A DNA stretch of 51,217 nucleotides from an uncultured Bacillota bacterium (lineage in GTDB: Bacteria > Bacillota_I > Bacilli_A > RF39 > UBA660). Location: contig CALBBI010000057.1 in NCBI GenBank assembly GCA_937926935.1, positions 1-51,217 on the forward strand, read 5' to 3'. The notes under the pieces are model-generated. The model saw nothing but the letters and a program-made list of their open reading frames with translations, did not search any database and was not told the origin of the DNA. Each line of letters opens with the position of its first letter. The stretch's first letter is position 1. The translations under genes were made by a program, and so were the position numbers. Positions 8,450-18,271 of this stretch are shown in pieces.

Positions 8450-9043
8450 TTACAAATTCCAGGTATTTGAAATAGTAGAATATAATATTTTACCTAATTT
8501 TTGATGACCTGTTTCATTGATAAGATTGTTATTAATTTCTGCTTTTTCTAAGTAAGAAGCAGTATAAATATATGATATTTTGTATTTTTGACATAAAGAT
8601 TTATACATATAAGAAGATTTAATATTTACAGGAGATAAAAAGATTATTTGTTTAGAATTGATTTTGCGAATTATCTTAAAGAGATTTTCTGTTTCTTCTA
8701 GAAGTTCAGTGGGTGTTACTTGTTCGTTTAAAAGCTCAAAGTCGCCGAAATAAAGAATTACAATCTCTGCATCATGAATTTTTTCTTGAATTTTATTTTT
8801 ATTAGAATTTATATTAGATATGATATTTTCAATTTCGAGATTTTTATGGGAATATTTTTGGTTTATAGAATATGATACATTATTATCTAAGTACTTAATA
8901 AGATAGTCGTTGTAGTTAGGAATTGTAGTAGTAGTGGTATCATATAGAGATACTATGTCTAAACGATTATCAATGTTAGTTGTAAATATTAAATAAGTTA
9001 ACAATAATGAGGCTATGGTTAGAAATAGTAATTTTATTTTCAT
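8450..9043 (-). CDS. hypothetical membrane-anchored protein (197 aa)
   Basis: N-terminal hydrophobic anchor. No confident family; possibly an SGNH-like fold. Confidence 0.4.
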   Translation of the reverse strand: MKIKLLFLTIASLLLTYLIFTTNIDNRLDIVSLYDTTTTTIPNYNDYLIKYLDNNVSYSINQKYSHKNLEIENIISNINSNKNKIQEKIHDAEIVILYFGDFELLNEQVTPTELLEETENLFKIIRKINSKQIIFLSPVNIKSSYMYKSLCQKYKISYIYTASYLEKAEINNNLINETGHQKLGKILYSTISNTWNL

Positions 9044-9093
9044 AATTTACTCCTCAAAAAAATAGTAGTCTACACTACTATCTCACTACTATC

Positions 9094-10344
9094 TTATTCG
9101 GACAAAGTTATTTTAGCACCAACATTAGATAATTTTTCAACGATAGATTCATAACCTCTTAAAATATGAGATGCCTCTTCAATGGTTGTGGTGCCTGATG
9201 CTATTAAGGCGGCTAGAACTAGGGAAGCACCTGCTCTTAGGTCAGTGGCAATAACTGTTGTTCCTTTTAATTTTGAAGGACCCGTTATGAAGGCAGTTTG
9301 ATTATTAACTTTGATATTAGCGCCCATAAGATTTAGATATTTAACATGGCCCATACGGTTCTCATAGATTGTTTCTTCAAAAATAGAAGTTCCAGTGGCT
9401 TGAGTTAAAAGTGTTTGCATTGGTTGACCTAAGTCAGTAACAAAGCCCGGATATACTAGAGTTTTAACATTTATAGGTTTGTAAGTATCGGGTTTACTAA
9501 CAATTATTTCATTTTCATAAATATCAAGAGGAATATTCATTTCTTTCATTTTAGATAGAAGGGCTTCTAAATGTTCCTTGATAATACCTTTAATTTTTAG
9601 ATTTTGACCAATTAAAGCGCCGGCAATTAGATAAGTTCCAGCTTCAATTCTATCAGGGATAGTTTCAATACGACCATTGTCTAGGCTAGTAGTTCCTTCA
9701 ATTTTGATACATGAAGTACCAGCACCAGTTATTTTAGCACCCATATTATTTAAAAACATGGCTATATTGACGATTTCCGGCTCTTTAGCAGCATTAAATA
9801 TTTGAGTTATACCATGAGCTTTGACAGCTGCTAGCATGATGTTGATAGTAGCTCCTACAGAGGCAAAGTCAAGGTATATTTTAGCGCCGATTAGTTTTTT
9901 AGCGTCAATTATGTACTTATTGCCTTCGATTGTAATAGTAGCTCCTAATTTTTCGAAGCCTTTTAGATGAAGGTCAATTGGCCTAGAGCCGATGTTGCAG
10001 CCACCAGGAAAATAAATTTCAACATGATTATAACGGCCTAGCAAAGCACCCATGTAATAGTAAGATGCACGAAGTTTTTTAGAAAGTTCTTCTGGAATTA
10101 GAACATTTTGTAAGGAAGATGTATCAATGTTTAGAGTTTCATTAGTATAATCTATTTTACAACCAAGTTTTTCCATAATATCAATAAGTGATTTAGTATC
10201 GGCAATATTAGGAACGTTTTCGATAGTACAATTGGTTTCGCATAAAACAGCGGCTGGAATAAGCGCCACCACACTATTTTTAGCGCCACTAATCTTTATG
10301 GTTCCAGTTAAGGTATTTTGACCTTCAATAATTAATTTTGGCAT
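9094..10344 (-). CDS. murA: UDP-N-acetylglucosamine 1-carboxyvinyltransferase
   Basis: 416 aa. ISGAKNS..., active-site Cys context PGGCNIGSRPIDLHLKG. Syntenic with spoIID. Confidence 0.95.
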   Translation of the reverse strand: MPKLIIEGQNTLTGTIKISGAKNSVVALIPAAVLCETNCTIENVPNIADTKSLIDIMEKLGCKIDYTNETLNIDTSSLQNVLIPEELSKKLRASYYYMGALLGRYNHVEIYFPGGCNIGSRPIDLHLKGFEKLGATITIEGNKYIIDAKKLIGAKIYLDFASVGATINIMLAAVKAHGITQIFNAAKEPEIVNIAMFLNNMGAKITGAGTSCIKIEGTTSLDNGRIETIPDRIEAGTYLIAGALIGQNLKIKGIIKEHLEALLSKMKEMNIPLDIYENEIIVSKPDTYKPINVKTLVYPGFVTDLGQPMQTLLTQATGTSIFEETIYENRMGHVKYLNLMGANIKVNNQTAFITGPSKLKGTTVIATDLRAGASLVLAALIASGTTTIEEASHILRGYESIVEKLSNVGAKITLSE

Positions 10345-10425
10345 ATAAAGCCTCCTTTATAAAATAAGTTATTTCTTATATTTAATATATCTTGTTTTTG
10401 AGTGTTAGTCAATTTTTATTACATG

Positions 10426-10965
10426 TTATTTACATAAATGGGCTAGAGCAAGAATGAGTAAGATTAAAAGACCAAAGTAATTGGCAAGGTTCCCCAGGGA
10501 GTTACTGGCTTTGGCACCGATTAACAAACCTAAAAAAGTAAATGTGGTACTGACTACTTGGAAGATTAAAGAAGGAAGGAGGATACTTTTTGTTATTGCA
10601 TTTAGCCCTATGCCGGTAGTTAAACTATCTAAAGAAACCGATATGGCTAGAAGAATTAGTGATATTTTACTAATTTTAATGGTGTCTTTACTACCCTTTT
10701 TCATATCATAAAGTAGTTTTAAGAATAAAATTAAAAAAATTAGCCCTAGGAGTTTTTGGGAACCAATAATTATAATATTTAAAATGATATCTCCTAGTAA
10801 GCGTCCTATAAGGGGAAAGATAAAATGAAAGACGCCAACTAGTAACGGATAAAATAATACTTTTTTATACGATAAGTTCATAGTTCCTAAGGATAGTGCT
10901 AAAGAAAATGTATCCATACTTAGGGCAATAGCTATCCAAATTAGTATATTAATCAAAAAAATCAC
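10426..10965 (-). CDS. DUF204 membrane protein (MntP manganese exporter / sporulation protein YtaF family)
   Basis: Polytopic, with repeated motifs: ALSMDTFSLALSLG near the N-terminus and SVSLDSLTTGIGL in the second half. The start is uncertain (the GTG lies inside the SD; TTG 9 nt downstream is possible). Confidence 0.55.
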   Translation of the reverse strand: MIFLINILIWIAIALSMDTFSLALSLGTMNLSYKKVLFYPLLVGVFHFIFPLIGRLLGDIILNIIIIGSQKLLGLIFLILFLKLLYDMKKGSKDTIKISKISLILLAISVSLDSLTTGIGLNAITKSILLPSLIFQVVSTTFTFLGLLIGAKASNSLGNLANYFGLLILLILALAHLCK

Positions 10966-10999
10966 CCTAATTATTTATATTAAGGTGAGTGTAAATTTA

Positions 11000-11503
11000 T
11001 TAATTAGAATTATTTAAGTACTCTTTGATGTAGCTTTTAAAAGTTACGTTATCTAAGTTTGGTTCACCTTCGATTAAACATAAAGGTGGATACAGAACAC
11101 ACCACCAGTTATCCCCTAGTCCACTACCTAAAGTTATGACTAGAGATTCATAGTTTCCGGCATCGTATGTTACGCCTTTGTAGTTTTTTTCAGGAAAATA
11201 GTTTTGGCCAAGGTTTAGATAATATGGGATATTATAGGTATTTAGTTGTTCTTTTAGTAATGGTATGGTGTTTTTAATAGACGCCCTAGAAGAAGAAATA
11301 TTGTTATTTAACATTTTAGGAATAACGTTTGTAATTAAGTCTTGTTTGATTTCATTTTTTTCTAATTGGTCTTCTAAAGAATTGGAGTTAGCAATGATGC
11401 GGAAACGAATGGAAGTATCTGGTATGGTTATTTGTTCTTCTTTAGGAGTTGATAAAATATAGAAGCTTGCTACAACGAATAAAATTATTATTATCTTTTT
11501 TAT
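11000..11503 (-). CDS. spoIIR: stage II sporulation protein R; conserved N-terminal half has no canonical start codon (proposed ATA start at 11503)
   Basis: The C-terminal half carries the SpoIIR signature GDNWWCVLYPPLCL. The same frame stays open upstream to a TGA at 11510..11512. That stretch encodes a signal anchor (KKIIIILFVVASFYILS) and the conserved IRFRIIANSNSLEDQ motif, with no ATG/GTG/TTG before Met 11314. ATA at 11503 lies 5 nt after GGTGAT. Confidence 0.7.
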   Translation of the reverse strand: MKKIIIILFVVASFYILSTPKEEQITIPDTSIRFRIIANSNSLEDQLEKNEIKQDLITNVIPKMLNNNISSSRASIKNTIPLLKEQLNTYNIPYYLNLGQNYFPEKNYKGVTYDAGNYESLVITLGSGLGDNWWCVLYPPLCLIEGEPNLDNVTFKSYIKEYLNNSN

Positions 11504-11544
11504 AAAAAATCACCCAACATTATATTGAGTGAATTATTTTAAGT

Positions 11545-12276
11545 TTAATCATTTATTACAAATAAATAACGATTTCGGCCTTGTAAGTCTTTTTTGACTA
11601 TGACATTAGCGTTAGGATACTCTTTTTTAGCTAGTATTTCGATTTCAGGAGCTTGAGTTTCTCCAATTTCAAACGCTATTATGTTTGTTGATTCCATAAA
11701 TTCATGGCTGCGTTTTAAAATTACTTCATAAAATTCTAACCCATTATGGTCCGCAAATAAGGCGTTTTGAGGTTCAAACTTAGTTGCAGGATCAACTGGT
11801 TCGTCGTATTTAACATATGGTGGATTGCTTATTAAAATATTGTATTTAGAATTAAAGTCGCCAGTTTTGATGTCTTTTAATTGGAAAGTAACGTTAGCTT
11901 CGTTGTATAAAGCATTTTTGGTTGCTACTTCAAGGGCACTTTTTGATATGTCGATAGCAGTTACATGGGTATTTAATTCTTTACTTAAGGCGATAGCAAT
12001 ACAGCCACTACCCGTTCCTACTTCGATAATTTTGGGAGTTATATTTTTAAATTTAATGAGTTTTAGAGTTTCTTCAACTAAACCTTCGGTTTCAAAACGC
12101 GGAATTAGTACTCTTTCGTCAACAAATATTTGATAGCCATAAAAATTAACATTACCAATTAAGTATTGAACGGGATAATGATTATTTAGTTTTTGAATTA
12201 CCTCGTCTATATTATCGGGATACATTGATTTTAAGATTTCAAAATCTACATTAGAGATAAACTCTGGTTTATTCAT
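11545..12276 (-). CDS. prmC: release-factor glutamine N5-methyltransferase
   Basis: SAM motif IEVGTGSGCIA and NPPY motif (ISNPPYV). Overlaps the prfA stop. Confidence 0.9.
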   Translation of the reverse strand: MNKPEFISNVDFEILKSMYPDNIDEVIQKLNNHYPVQYLIGNVNFYGYQIFVDERVLIPRFETEGLVEETLKLIKFKNITPKIIEVGTGSGCIAIALSKELNTHVTAIDISKSALEVATKNALYNEANVTFQLKDIKTGDFNSKYNILISNPPYVKYDEPVDPATKFEPQNALFADHNGLEFYEVILKRSHEFMESTNIIAFEIGETQAPEIEILAKKEYPNANVIVKKDLQGRNRYLFVIND

Positions 12277-13330
12277 TAGTATCTCCTAGAAGTTTTAGTC
12301 TTTGGTCTTCGTTTATTAAAGCTTCGATTACTGGGTCTAGATTACCTTCCATAACACGGTCTAGTTCCATAATAGTAAAGTTAATACGATGGTCAGTTAT
12401 TCTATTTTGAGGATAGTTGTAAGTTCTAATTTTTTCTGATCTATCGCCGGTTCCTATTTTTTTACGGTTTTGACCTAATTCAGCTTCAGCTTTAGCTTCG
12501 GCAGCATCTTGAAGTTTAGCCACTAGCATTTTCATTGCTTTTTCTTTATTTTTTAATTGTGATCTTTCTATTTGACAAGTTACAACAGTATTTGTTGGAA
12601 TATGAGTGATACGAACAGCAGAGTTTGATGTGTTAACAGATTGACCACCAGCACCACTAGAGTGATAAACATCTATTTTTAAATCACTTTCTTTGATTTC
12701 AACGTCATCAACATTTACTTCGGGCATAACAAGCACTGTGGCAGTTGAAGTATGAACACGACCTTGAGTTTCGGTTACTGGAACTCTTTGAACACGATGC
12801 GAACCACTTTCAAATTTTAATTTTGAATAGACATTTTCACCTCTAATCATAAATTCGATTTGGGAATATCCACCGGCACTACCCTCTACTTCATGGAGAA
12901 TTTCAATTTTCCAATTTTGTTTTTCAGCGTACTTAGAATACATACGGAATAAGTCGCCAGCAAAGATATTGGCTTCGTCGCCTCCGGTTGCTCCTCTTAT
13001 TTCCATAATAATATTTTTATCGTCATTAGGGTCTTTAGGAATTAACATTAATTCAAGTTCTTTTTCTAAACGTTCTTTATTAGCAGTTTCTTCAGCTAAA
13101 GTTTCTTCAGCTAATTCATGCATTTCCGGATCATTAGCTAATATTTTAGCGTCTTCAATATTTTTTTCACTAGTTAAGTATTCTTTATATTTATTAACAA
13201 TGCTTTCTAAGTCTTTTTGTTCTTTTGATAAAGTTCTTAGTTTATTATAGTCTGCTAAAACTTCGGGTTTTGTGAGTTCTTGTTTTAGGTCTTCATATTT
13301 AGTTATTATAGTTTCTAGTCTTTCTTTCAT
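12269..13330 (-). CDS. prfA: peptide chain release factor 1
   Basis: GGQ motif (SGAGGQSVN) and the RF1-type PVT tripeptide (RVQRVPVTETQGR). Confidence 0.95.
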   Translation of the reverse strand: MKERLETIITKYEDLKQELTKPEVLADYNKLRTLSKEQKDLESIVNKYKEYLTSEKNIEDAKILANDPEMHELAEETLAEETANKERLEKELELMLIPKDPNDDKNIIMEIRGATGGDEANIFAGDLFRMYSKYAEKQNWKIEILHEVEGSAGGYSQIEFMIRGENVYSKLKFESGSHRVQRVPVTETQGRVHTSTATVLVMPEVNVDDVEIKESDLKIDVYHSSGAGGQSVNTSNSAVRITHIPTNTVVTCQIERSQLKNKEKAMKMLVAKLQDAAEAKAEAELGQNRKKIGTGDRSEKIRTYNYPQNRITDHRINFTIMELDRVMEGNLDPVIEALINEDQRLKLLGDTNE

Positions 13331-13364
13331 GATTTCACTCCTTCTTTATGTATTATATCGTGGA

Positions 13365-13395
13365 AGAGAAAAGAAAGCAAACGTTAAAGGTTTGC
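13365..13395 (-). terminator. Rho-independent terminator candidate after rpoE
   Basis: GCAAAC/GTTTGC stem (13377..13382 / 13390..13395) with the rpoE stop codon in the loop. A U-rich tail follows on the minus strand. Confidence 0.5.
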
Positions 13396-13824
13396 ATTTT
13401 CTTCGTCATCATCGGTTACGATTACTAAATCTTTTAAATCATCATCAGCTGTATCGTCGTCAGTTGAATCTTCATCATAGAATAAATCATCGTTTTCTTC
13501 AGTTGTTTCTTCGTCTTCTTCCTCTTCTTCTTTTTCTTCTTCGTCTTCATCATCATTATCCATAATAATATTAGCCTTATGATTACTCTTTAAATCCCAG
13601 TAACCTTTATCAACCATAACGAATCTTTGGTCAGTAGATAGCACTTGGAAAAAATCAGTTATTTTTGCTTCGTATTCTGCTTGGGATAACCCTAGTAAAT
13701 CACAAACTTTTTTAAAAAGGTCAGTTATTTTGGTCTCCTTTTTTTCTTCGCTTAATATTAAGTACGCTATATCATCATAACTCATAGCTTCTAATTCAGC
13801 TTGGGTTAAATCTTTTAATTTCAT
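13384..13824 (-). CDS. rpoE: DNA-directed RNA polymerase delta subunit
   Basis: HARE-HTH-like N-domain (MSYDDIAYLILSE...RFVMVDKGYWDLK) followed by a long Asp/Glu tail. Confidence 0.85.
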   Translation of the reverse strand: MKLKDLTQAELEAMSYDDIAYLILSEEKKETKITDLFKKVCDLLGLSQAEYEAKITDFFQVLSTDQRFVMVDKGYWDLKSNHKANIIMDNDDEDEEEKEEEEEDEETTEENDDLFYDEDSTDDDTADDDLKDLVIVTDDDEENANL

Positions 13825-13835
13825 AAAATTTCCTC

Positions 13836-15449
13836 CTACATTTTTTCTGGTGGTATAACACCAATTAAATCTAATGCATTTTTAATTGTTACTTTAACAG
13901 CACTAATTAAATTTAAGTATTCGTTGGTTTTTTCTTTATCTTCCGTAATTATTCTTTCTTTAGAATATAGTGAATGGAATGACTCTGCTAAATCATAGAC
14001 GTAATTAGTAATTAAGTGAGGTAATTCTTTAGTTGCAGCGGATATTACTACTTCGTTAAATTTATAAATTTGTTCTAAGACATTATATGCTTCAGGACTA
14101 TTTATGGTTTTATATTCTATAACGTTAGTTATTTTTCCTTCGTAATTATTTAAAATATTGCAGATTCTAGCGTAAGCGTATGATACGTAATAAACAGGGT
14201 TTTCGTTAGATTTTTTAGTGGCTAGGTCTAAGTCAAAATCCATTTGAGTATCTAGGGATCTACTTACGAAGAAGTATCTTGCAGCATTTATGCCTACTAA
14301 GTCAATTAGTTCTTGAAGAGATACTATTTTACCGGTACGTTTACTCATTTTTATTTCTTCACCATTAGATACTAATCTTACTAATTGTAATAGTTTAACA
14401 TCTAAGATATCGGGGTTATAACCTAGGGCCTTTAGGGAGCCTTTAAGGCGTGCAACATAACCATGGTGGTCAGTGCCAAAAACGTCGATTAAATGGTCAT
14501 ACCCTCTTTCAATTTTATCGATATGATAAGCAATATCTGGTACTAAGTAAGTATATAGGCCGTCAGCTTTAACTAAAACATGGTCTTTAGTATCTCCTAG
14601 TTCGCTAGCTTTTAACCAAGTAGCGCCTTCTTGTTCATATGTATAACCATTAATAGTTAATTTATTTATAATTTCAGGAATTGGATGGGTTTTATAAATT
14701 GATTTTTCGCTAGTATAGACATCATAGTTAATGCGATAGTCTTTTAATACTTTTTTGATTTTATCTAAAAGAATATTGATACCAAGATTTTTGTAATACT
14801 CGATATCTTCATTTAATAAAGTATCTTGGTGTTCATTATATAAGTTCTTAGCAATTTCAATAATTTCTTGACCATGATAACCATTTTCTGGTAAGTCAGT
14901 AGGAATACCACAAATAGTTTTATATCTAGCCTCAATTGATAAAGCGAGGTTGTTAACTTGATTACCAGCATCATTAACATAGTATTCTTCGGTTACGTCA
15001 TAGCCACTAAACCTTAAGATACGCGCTAAGGAATCACCATATGCTCCTCCTCTAGCATTTCCTAAATGCAAAATGCCGGTTGGATTGGCACTTACAAATT
15101 CTAAGTTATAACGTTTATGATTACCAATATTGTTACGGCCATAGTTTTCTTGAAGTTCTAAGACAGTATTAATATTATCTAATAAATATTTTTTATCCAT
15201 GTAAAAGTTAATAAAACCAGGTTTAGCAATTTCTACTTTGGTAAATAAATTACTATTTATTTTATCGGTAATACTTTGGGCTATTTCTAAGGGATTTTTA
15301 TGTAAAATCTTAGTTAAACGTAATGCTAAGTTAGTTGAATAGTCCCCATTATCTTTATTATTTGGATTTTCGATAATAATATCTTCTTCATATTCAATAT
15401 TATTGTCTTTTAAACTTTGAAGTAATATTTCTTTTATTTTTTCTTTCAT
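13836..15449 (-). CDS. argS: arginine--tRNA ligase
   Basis: 537 aa. Class I motifs SANPTGILHLGNARG and KMSKRTG. A DUF1934 gene lies upstream, as ywiB-argS in B. subtilis. Confidence 0.95.
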   Translation of the reverse strand: MKEKIKEILLQSLKDNNIEYEEDIIIENPNNKDNGDYSTNLALRLTKILHKNPLEIAQSITDKINSNLFTKVEIAKPGFINFYMDKKYLLDNINTVLELQENYGRNNIGNHKRYNLEFVSANPTGILHLGNARGGAYGDSLARILRFSGYDVTEEYYVNDAGNQVNNLALSIEARYKTICGIPTDLPENGYHGQEIIEIAKNLYNEHQDTLLNEDIEYYKNLGINILLDKIKKVLKDYRINYDVYTSEKSIYKTHPIPEIINKLTINGYTYEQEGATWLKASELGDTKDHVLVKADGLYTYLVPDIAYHIDKIERGYDHLIDVFGTDHHGYVARLKGSLKALGYNPDILDVKLLQLVRLVSNGEEIKMSKRTGKIVSLQELIDLVGINAARYFFVSRSLDTQMDFDLDLATKKSNENPVYYVSYAYARICNILNNYEGKITNVIEYKTINSPEAYNVLEQIYKFNEVVISAATKELPHLITNYVYDLAESFHSLYSKERIITEDKEKTNEYLNLISAVKVTIKNALDLIGVIPPEKM

Positions 15450-15458
15450 AATCTCACC

Positions 15459-15815
15459 CTACTTTAGAAATAATTCAATGGTAGTAAATTCGTCGTCACT
15501 TTCGATTTGATAATTAATAGTTAGCTTATTATCTTCTTTTATAATTTGACCATCATCTACTACGATATCAATGTAACTATCTAATTCTTTAAGTAAATAA
15601 CGGCAAGTATTTTGATCTTTAGATAGTTTTAAATTAAATAAATATTCGTCGTTTTCTCTAGTGAATATTACGCCGTCTTCGAGTAATTCTAGAGTATTTA
15701 TAACATCGTCTAAGTTGTATTTTATAATATTGTCGTATGTATCGTATGATACATCTTTTTTAGTATATGTTAAATTGTTATTTTTTAATAAATTTATATC
15801 TAATTTTTTCTTCAA
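15459..15815 (-). CDS. DUF1934 (YwiB-like) protein
   Basis: 118 aa, beta-rich. The call rests mainly on conserved position directly upstream of argS. Confidence 0.55.
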   Translation of the reverse strand: MKKKLDINLLKNNNLTYTKKDVSYDTYDNIIKYNLDDVINTLELLEDGVIFTRENDEYLFNLKLSKDQNTCRYLLKELDSYIDIVVDDGQIIKEDNKLTINYQIESDDEFTTIELFLK

Positions 15816-15918
15816 AAAACAGCCCTCCGTTTTTTTCTAAAACATTATAACATAGAGATTGGAAATTGACTACATAAAAACGCATTTTTTTTACATAATA
15901 GTGTTAGGGTGAAGAATT

Positions 15919-17871
15919 TTGAAGAGATTTAAGCGACTTTTTAAGGTATTTTGTCTATTATTGGTCTTGGGTGTTGTAAGTATTTTAGGGCTTTATTTTA
16001 TGGCTTATATTAGTCCGGTATTAGATATTAAAACGACGGGACAGTATTATATTTATGACCATAATGAAACGATTGTGTACCAAGGAAGTGGGACCTCGAA
16101 GTGGGTAAGTTTGAGTGATGTTTCACCAGATTTTTTGAATGCCATAATAAGTATTGAAGATAAAAATTTTTATAAGCATAAGGGTTTTGATTATTTAAGA
16201 ATTATAAAAACTATGTTGCAGAATATAAAAAGTAGGAAAGTAGTTGGTGGCGCTAGTACAATATCTCAGCAGTATGTTAAAAATTTGTATTTAGATTTTG
16301 ATAAGACGTGGGAAAGAAAGATAGAGGAGGCTTGGCTTACTTTAAAGCTAGAGATGCATTATAGTAAGGATGAGATATTAGAAGGATATATCAATACGAT
16401 AAATTTTGGACAAGGTAATTTTGGAATTGGTAGTGCAGCAGAGTATTATTTTAATAAAAGTGCAAATGATTTGACTTTGGAGGAAAGTATTGTTTTAGCA
16501 GGTATTCCTAAGGGTCCTAGTTATTATAACCCGATTAGTAATTATGACGATGCGATATTAAGAGGTAAGGTTGTAGCAAAAGCTATGGTTAATAATAAGA
16601 AGTTAAGTGAAGAAGATGCGGATAATTTATTTACCGAGACTTTGAGTTTATACGGGAAGAGAAGCGAGAATAATTTAGATACGTTGATGTATTATCAAGA
16701 TGTGGTTAAGAGTGAGTTAGATAAACTTGCGATACCGAAATCATTAATTGAAACGGGTGGTTTGAAGATTTATACGTCTTTGGATGTAGAACTTCAGGGT
16801 ATTTTAGAGAAAAATATTAATGAATATATGCCAGATAATGATATGCAAGTGGCTAGTATGATAATTGACCCCAATACAGGAAATATTATGGCGTTAGTCG
16901 GAGGAAGAGATTATAACAAAAGTCAATTTAATAGAATAGTTAGTGCGGAAAGACAAGTGGGAAGTACTATGAAACCGCTGCTTTATTATGCGGCGTTAGA
17001 AAATGGAATGACCTCGTCGTCGAAGTTTTTAAGTGAGGAAACAACGTTTGTATTCGCTAATAATGATACGTATTCACCACAAAATTATAATAAAAAATAT
17101 GCCAATAAAGAGATTACGATGGCGGCGGCATTAAGTTATAGTGATAATATTTATGCAGTGAAGACCCATTTGTTTTTAGGAGAAGATACGTTAGTTGAAA
17201 CAGCGAAGAGAATGGGGATAGAAAAAGACTTACCGGCTATTCCGTCGTTACCTTTGGGGACGGCAGAGATTTCGATGCGAGATTTTGCTAATGCCTATAC
17301 TACTTTAGCTAGTAATGGATATAAGAGAGACTTGAGTGTAATTTTGAAAGTTACGGATATGCATGGAAATGTTTTATACGAAAAGAAAGATAATAGTACT
17401 CAAGTTTTAAATTCTAATTACACGTTTATTTTAAATGAAATGCTAACGGCGACATATAATTCGGCTTTTATTGATTATAACACGCCAACGATTATTAGCT
17501 TAGGATCAAAGATAAGTCGAAAGTATGCTATGAAGACGGGGTCGTCGGGGACAGATTGTTATATGATTGGGTATAATCCTGATATTTTGATGTTAGTTTG
17601 GAACGGGTATGACGATAATAGACAAATGCAACCGGCCGATGGAAATATTTCGAAGAATATATGGGTAAATACTGTTGAGGAGTATTTAAAAGATAAAGAG
17701 GCTAGGTGGTATGATGTGCCGGAGAATGTAGTAGGGGTGCCACTGGATGCGGTAACAGGTAATCAAGCGGTTAATGATAAAAAGATGTACGTTTACTATT
17801 ATGTTAAAGGTAGTGAGTATGTAAATAGTGAAATGGAAAGCGAAGATAATAAGGAAAATATTGTCGAATAA
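15919..17871 (+). CDS. class A penicillin-binding protein (glycosyltransferase + transpeptidase)
   Basis: TM anchor. GT51 motifs (IEDKNFYKHKGFD, GASTISQQYVKN). Transpeptidase motifs STMKP, SYSDN, KTGSS. TTG start 6 nt after GGGTGA. Confidence 0.9.
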   Translation: MKRFKRLFKVFCLLLVLGVVSILGLYFMAYISPVLDIKTTGQYYIYDHNETIVYQGSGTSKWVSLSDVSPDFLNAIISIEDKNFYKHKGFDYLRIIKTMLQNIKSRKVVGGASTISQQYVKNLYLDFDKTWERKIEEAWLTLKLEMHYSKDEILEGYINTINFGQGNFGIGSAAEYYFNKSANDLTLEESIVLAGIPKGPSYYNPISNYDDAILRGKVVAKAMVNNKKLSEEDADNLFTETLSLYGKRSENNLDTLMYYQDVVKSELDKLAIPKSLIETGGLKIYTSLDVELQGILEKNINEYMPDNDMQVASMIIDPNTGNIMALVGGRDYNKSQFNRIVSAERQVGSTMKPLLYYAALENGMTSSSKFLSEETTFVFANNDTYSPQNYNKKYANKEITMAAALSYSDNIYAVKTHLFLGEDTLVETAKRMGIEKDLPAIPSLPLGTAEISMRDFANAYTTLASNGYKRDLSVILKVTDMHGNVLYEKKDNSTQVLNSNYTFILNEMLTATYNSAFIDYNTPTIISLGSKISRKYAMKTGSSGTDCYMIGYNPDILMLVWNGYDDNRQMQPADGNISKNIWVNTVEEYLKDKEARWYDVPENVVGVPLDAVTGNQAVNDKKMYVYYYVKGSEYVNSEMESEDNKENIVE

Positions 17872-18032
17872 TTAAAATTATTATGATTAAGGGGTGTTAT
17901 CTTTTTTGATAAAATTTATTATTATAAGGTTTATTTTAACTAGACCTTTTGTGACGCCTCATGGTCTAGTGGGAGTAGACTTTTTTGCTATTGCTTGATA
18001 GCTATTTGATATAAAGTTAACAGGTGAAATTC

Positions 18033-18245
18033 ATGAAAATTAGTTTTGAAGATTATAATGTTCCTGATGTTTTTAAATTTATTCGAGAGAGTGCTAATAT
18101 TACACAACCAGAGTTAGCTAAAAAGATGCACAAATCAGTTCAATGGGTGAAAGCTGTTGAAAGAGGTACGATTAATATAAAGTTAGAAACATACTTGGAA
18201 TTTTGCCGTATTTGTGGCATAAAAGTATTAAATGTAAAAAAATAG
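18033..18245 (+). CDS. XRE-family helix-turn-helix protein (about 70 aa)
   Basis: HTH segment ITQPELAKKMHKSVQWVKAVERG. ATG at 18033 lies 5 nt after AGGTGA; the track start (GTG 18024) falls inside the SD. Confidence 0.6.
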   Translation: MKISFEDYNVPDVFKFIRESANITQPELAKKMHKSVQWVKAVERGTINIKLETYLEFCRICGIKVLNVKK

Positions 18246-18271
18246 ACTGCCAGATAAAGCAGTCATTTTTG
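18245..18271. terminator. bidirectional Rho-independent terminator between the convergent XRE and noc-like genes
   Basis: GACTGC-N8-GCAGTC (18245..18250 / 18259..18264), flanked by an A-run upstream and a T-run downstream. Confidence 0.65.

Noticed and set aside
10481-12133. Plus-strand ORFs at 10481..10711, 11265..11462 and 11825..12133.
   Set aside because: They are shadow ORFs opposite well-supported minus-strand genes (DUF204, spoIIR, prmC).
13272-13565. A 97-aa His/Leu/Arg-rich ORF on the plus strand.
   Set aside because: It is antisense to the rpoE acidic tail and the prfA 5' end. Its composition is the mirror image of the Asp/Glu codon repeats, so it is spurious.
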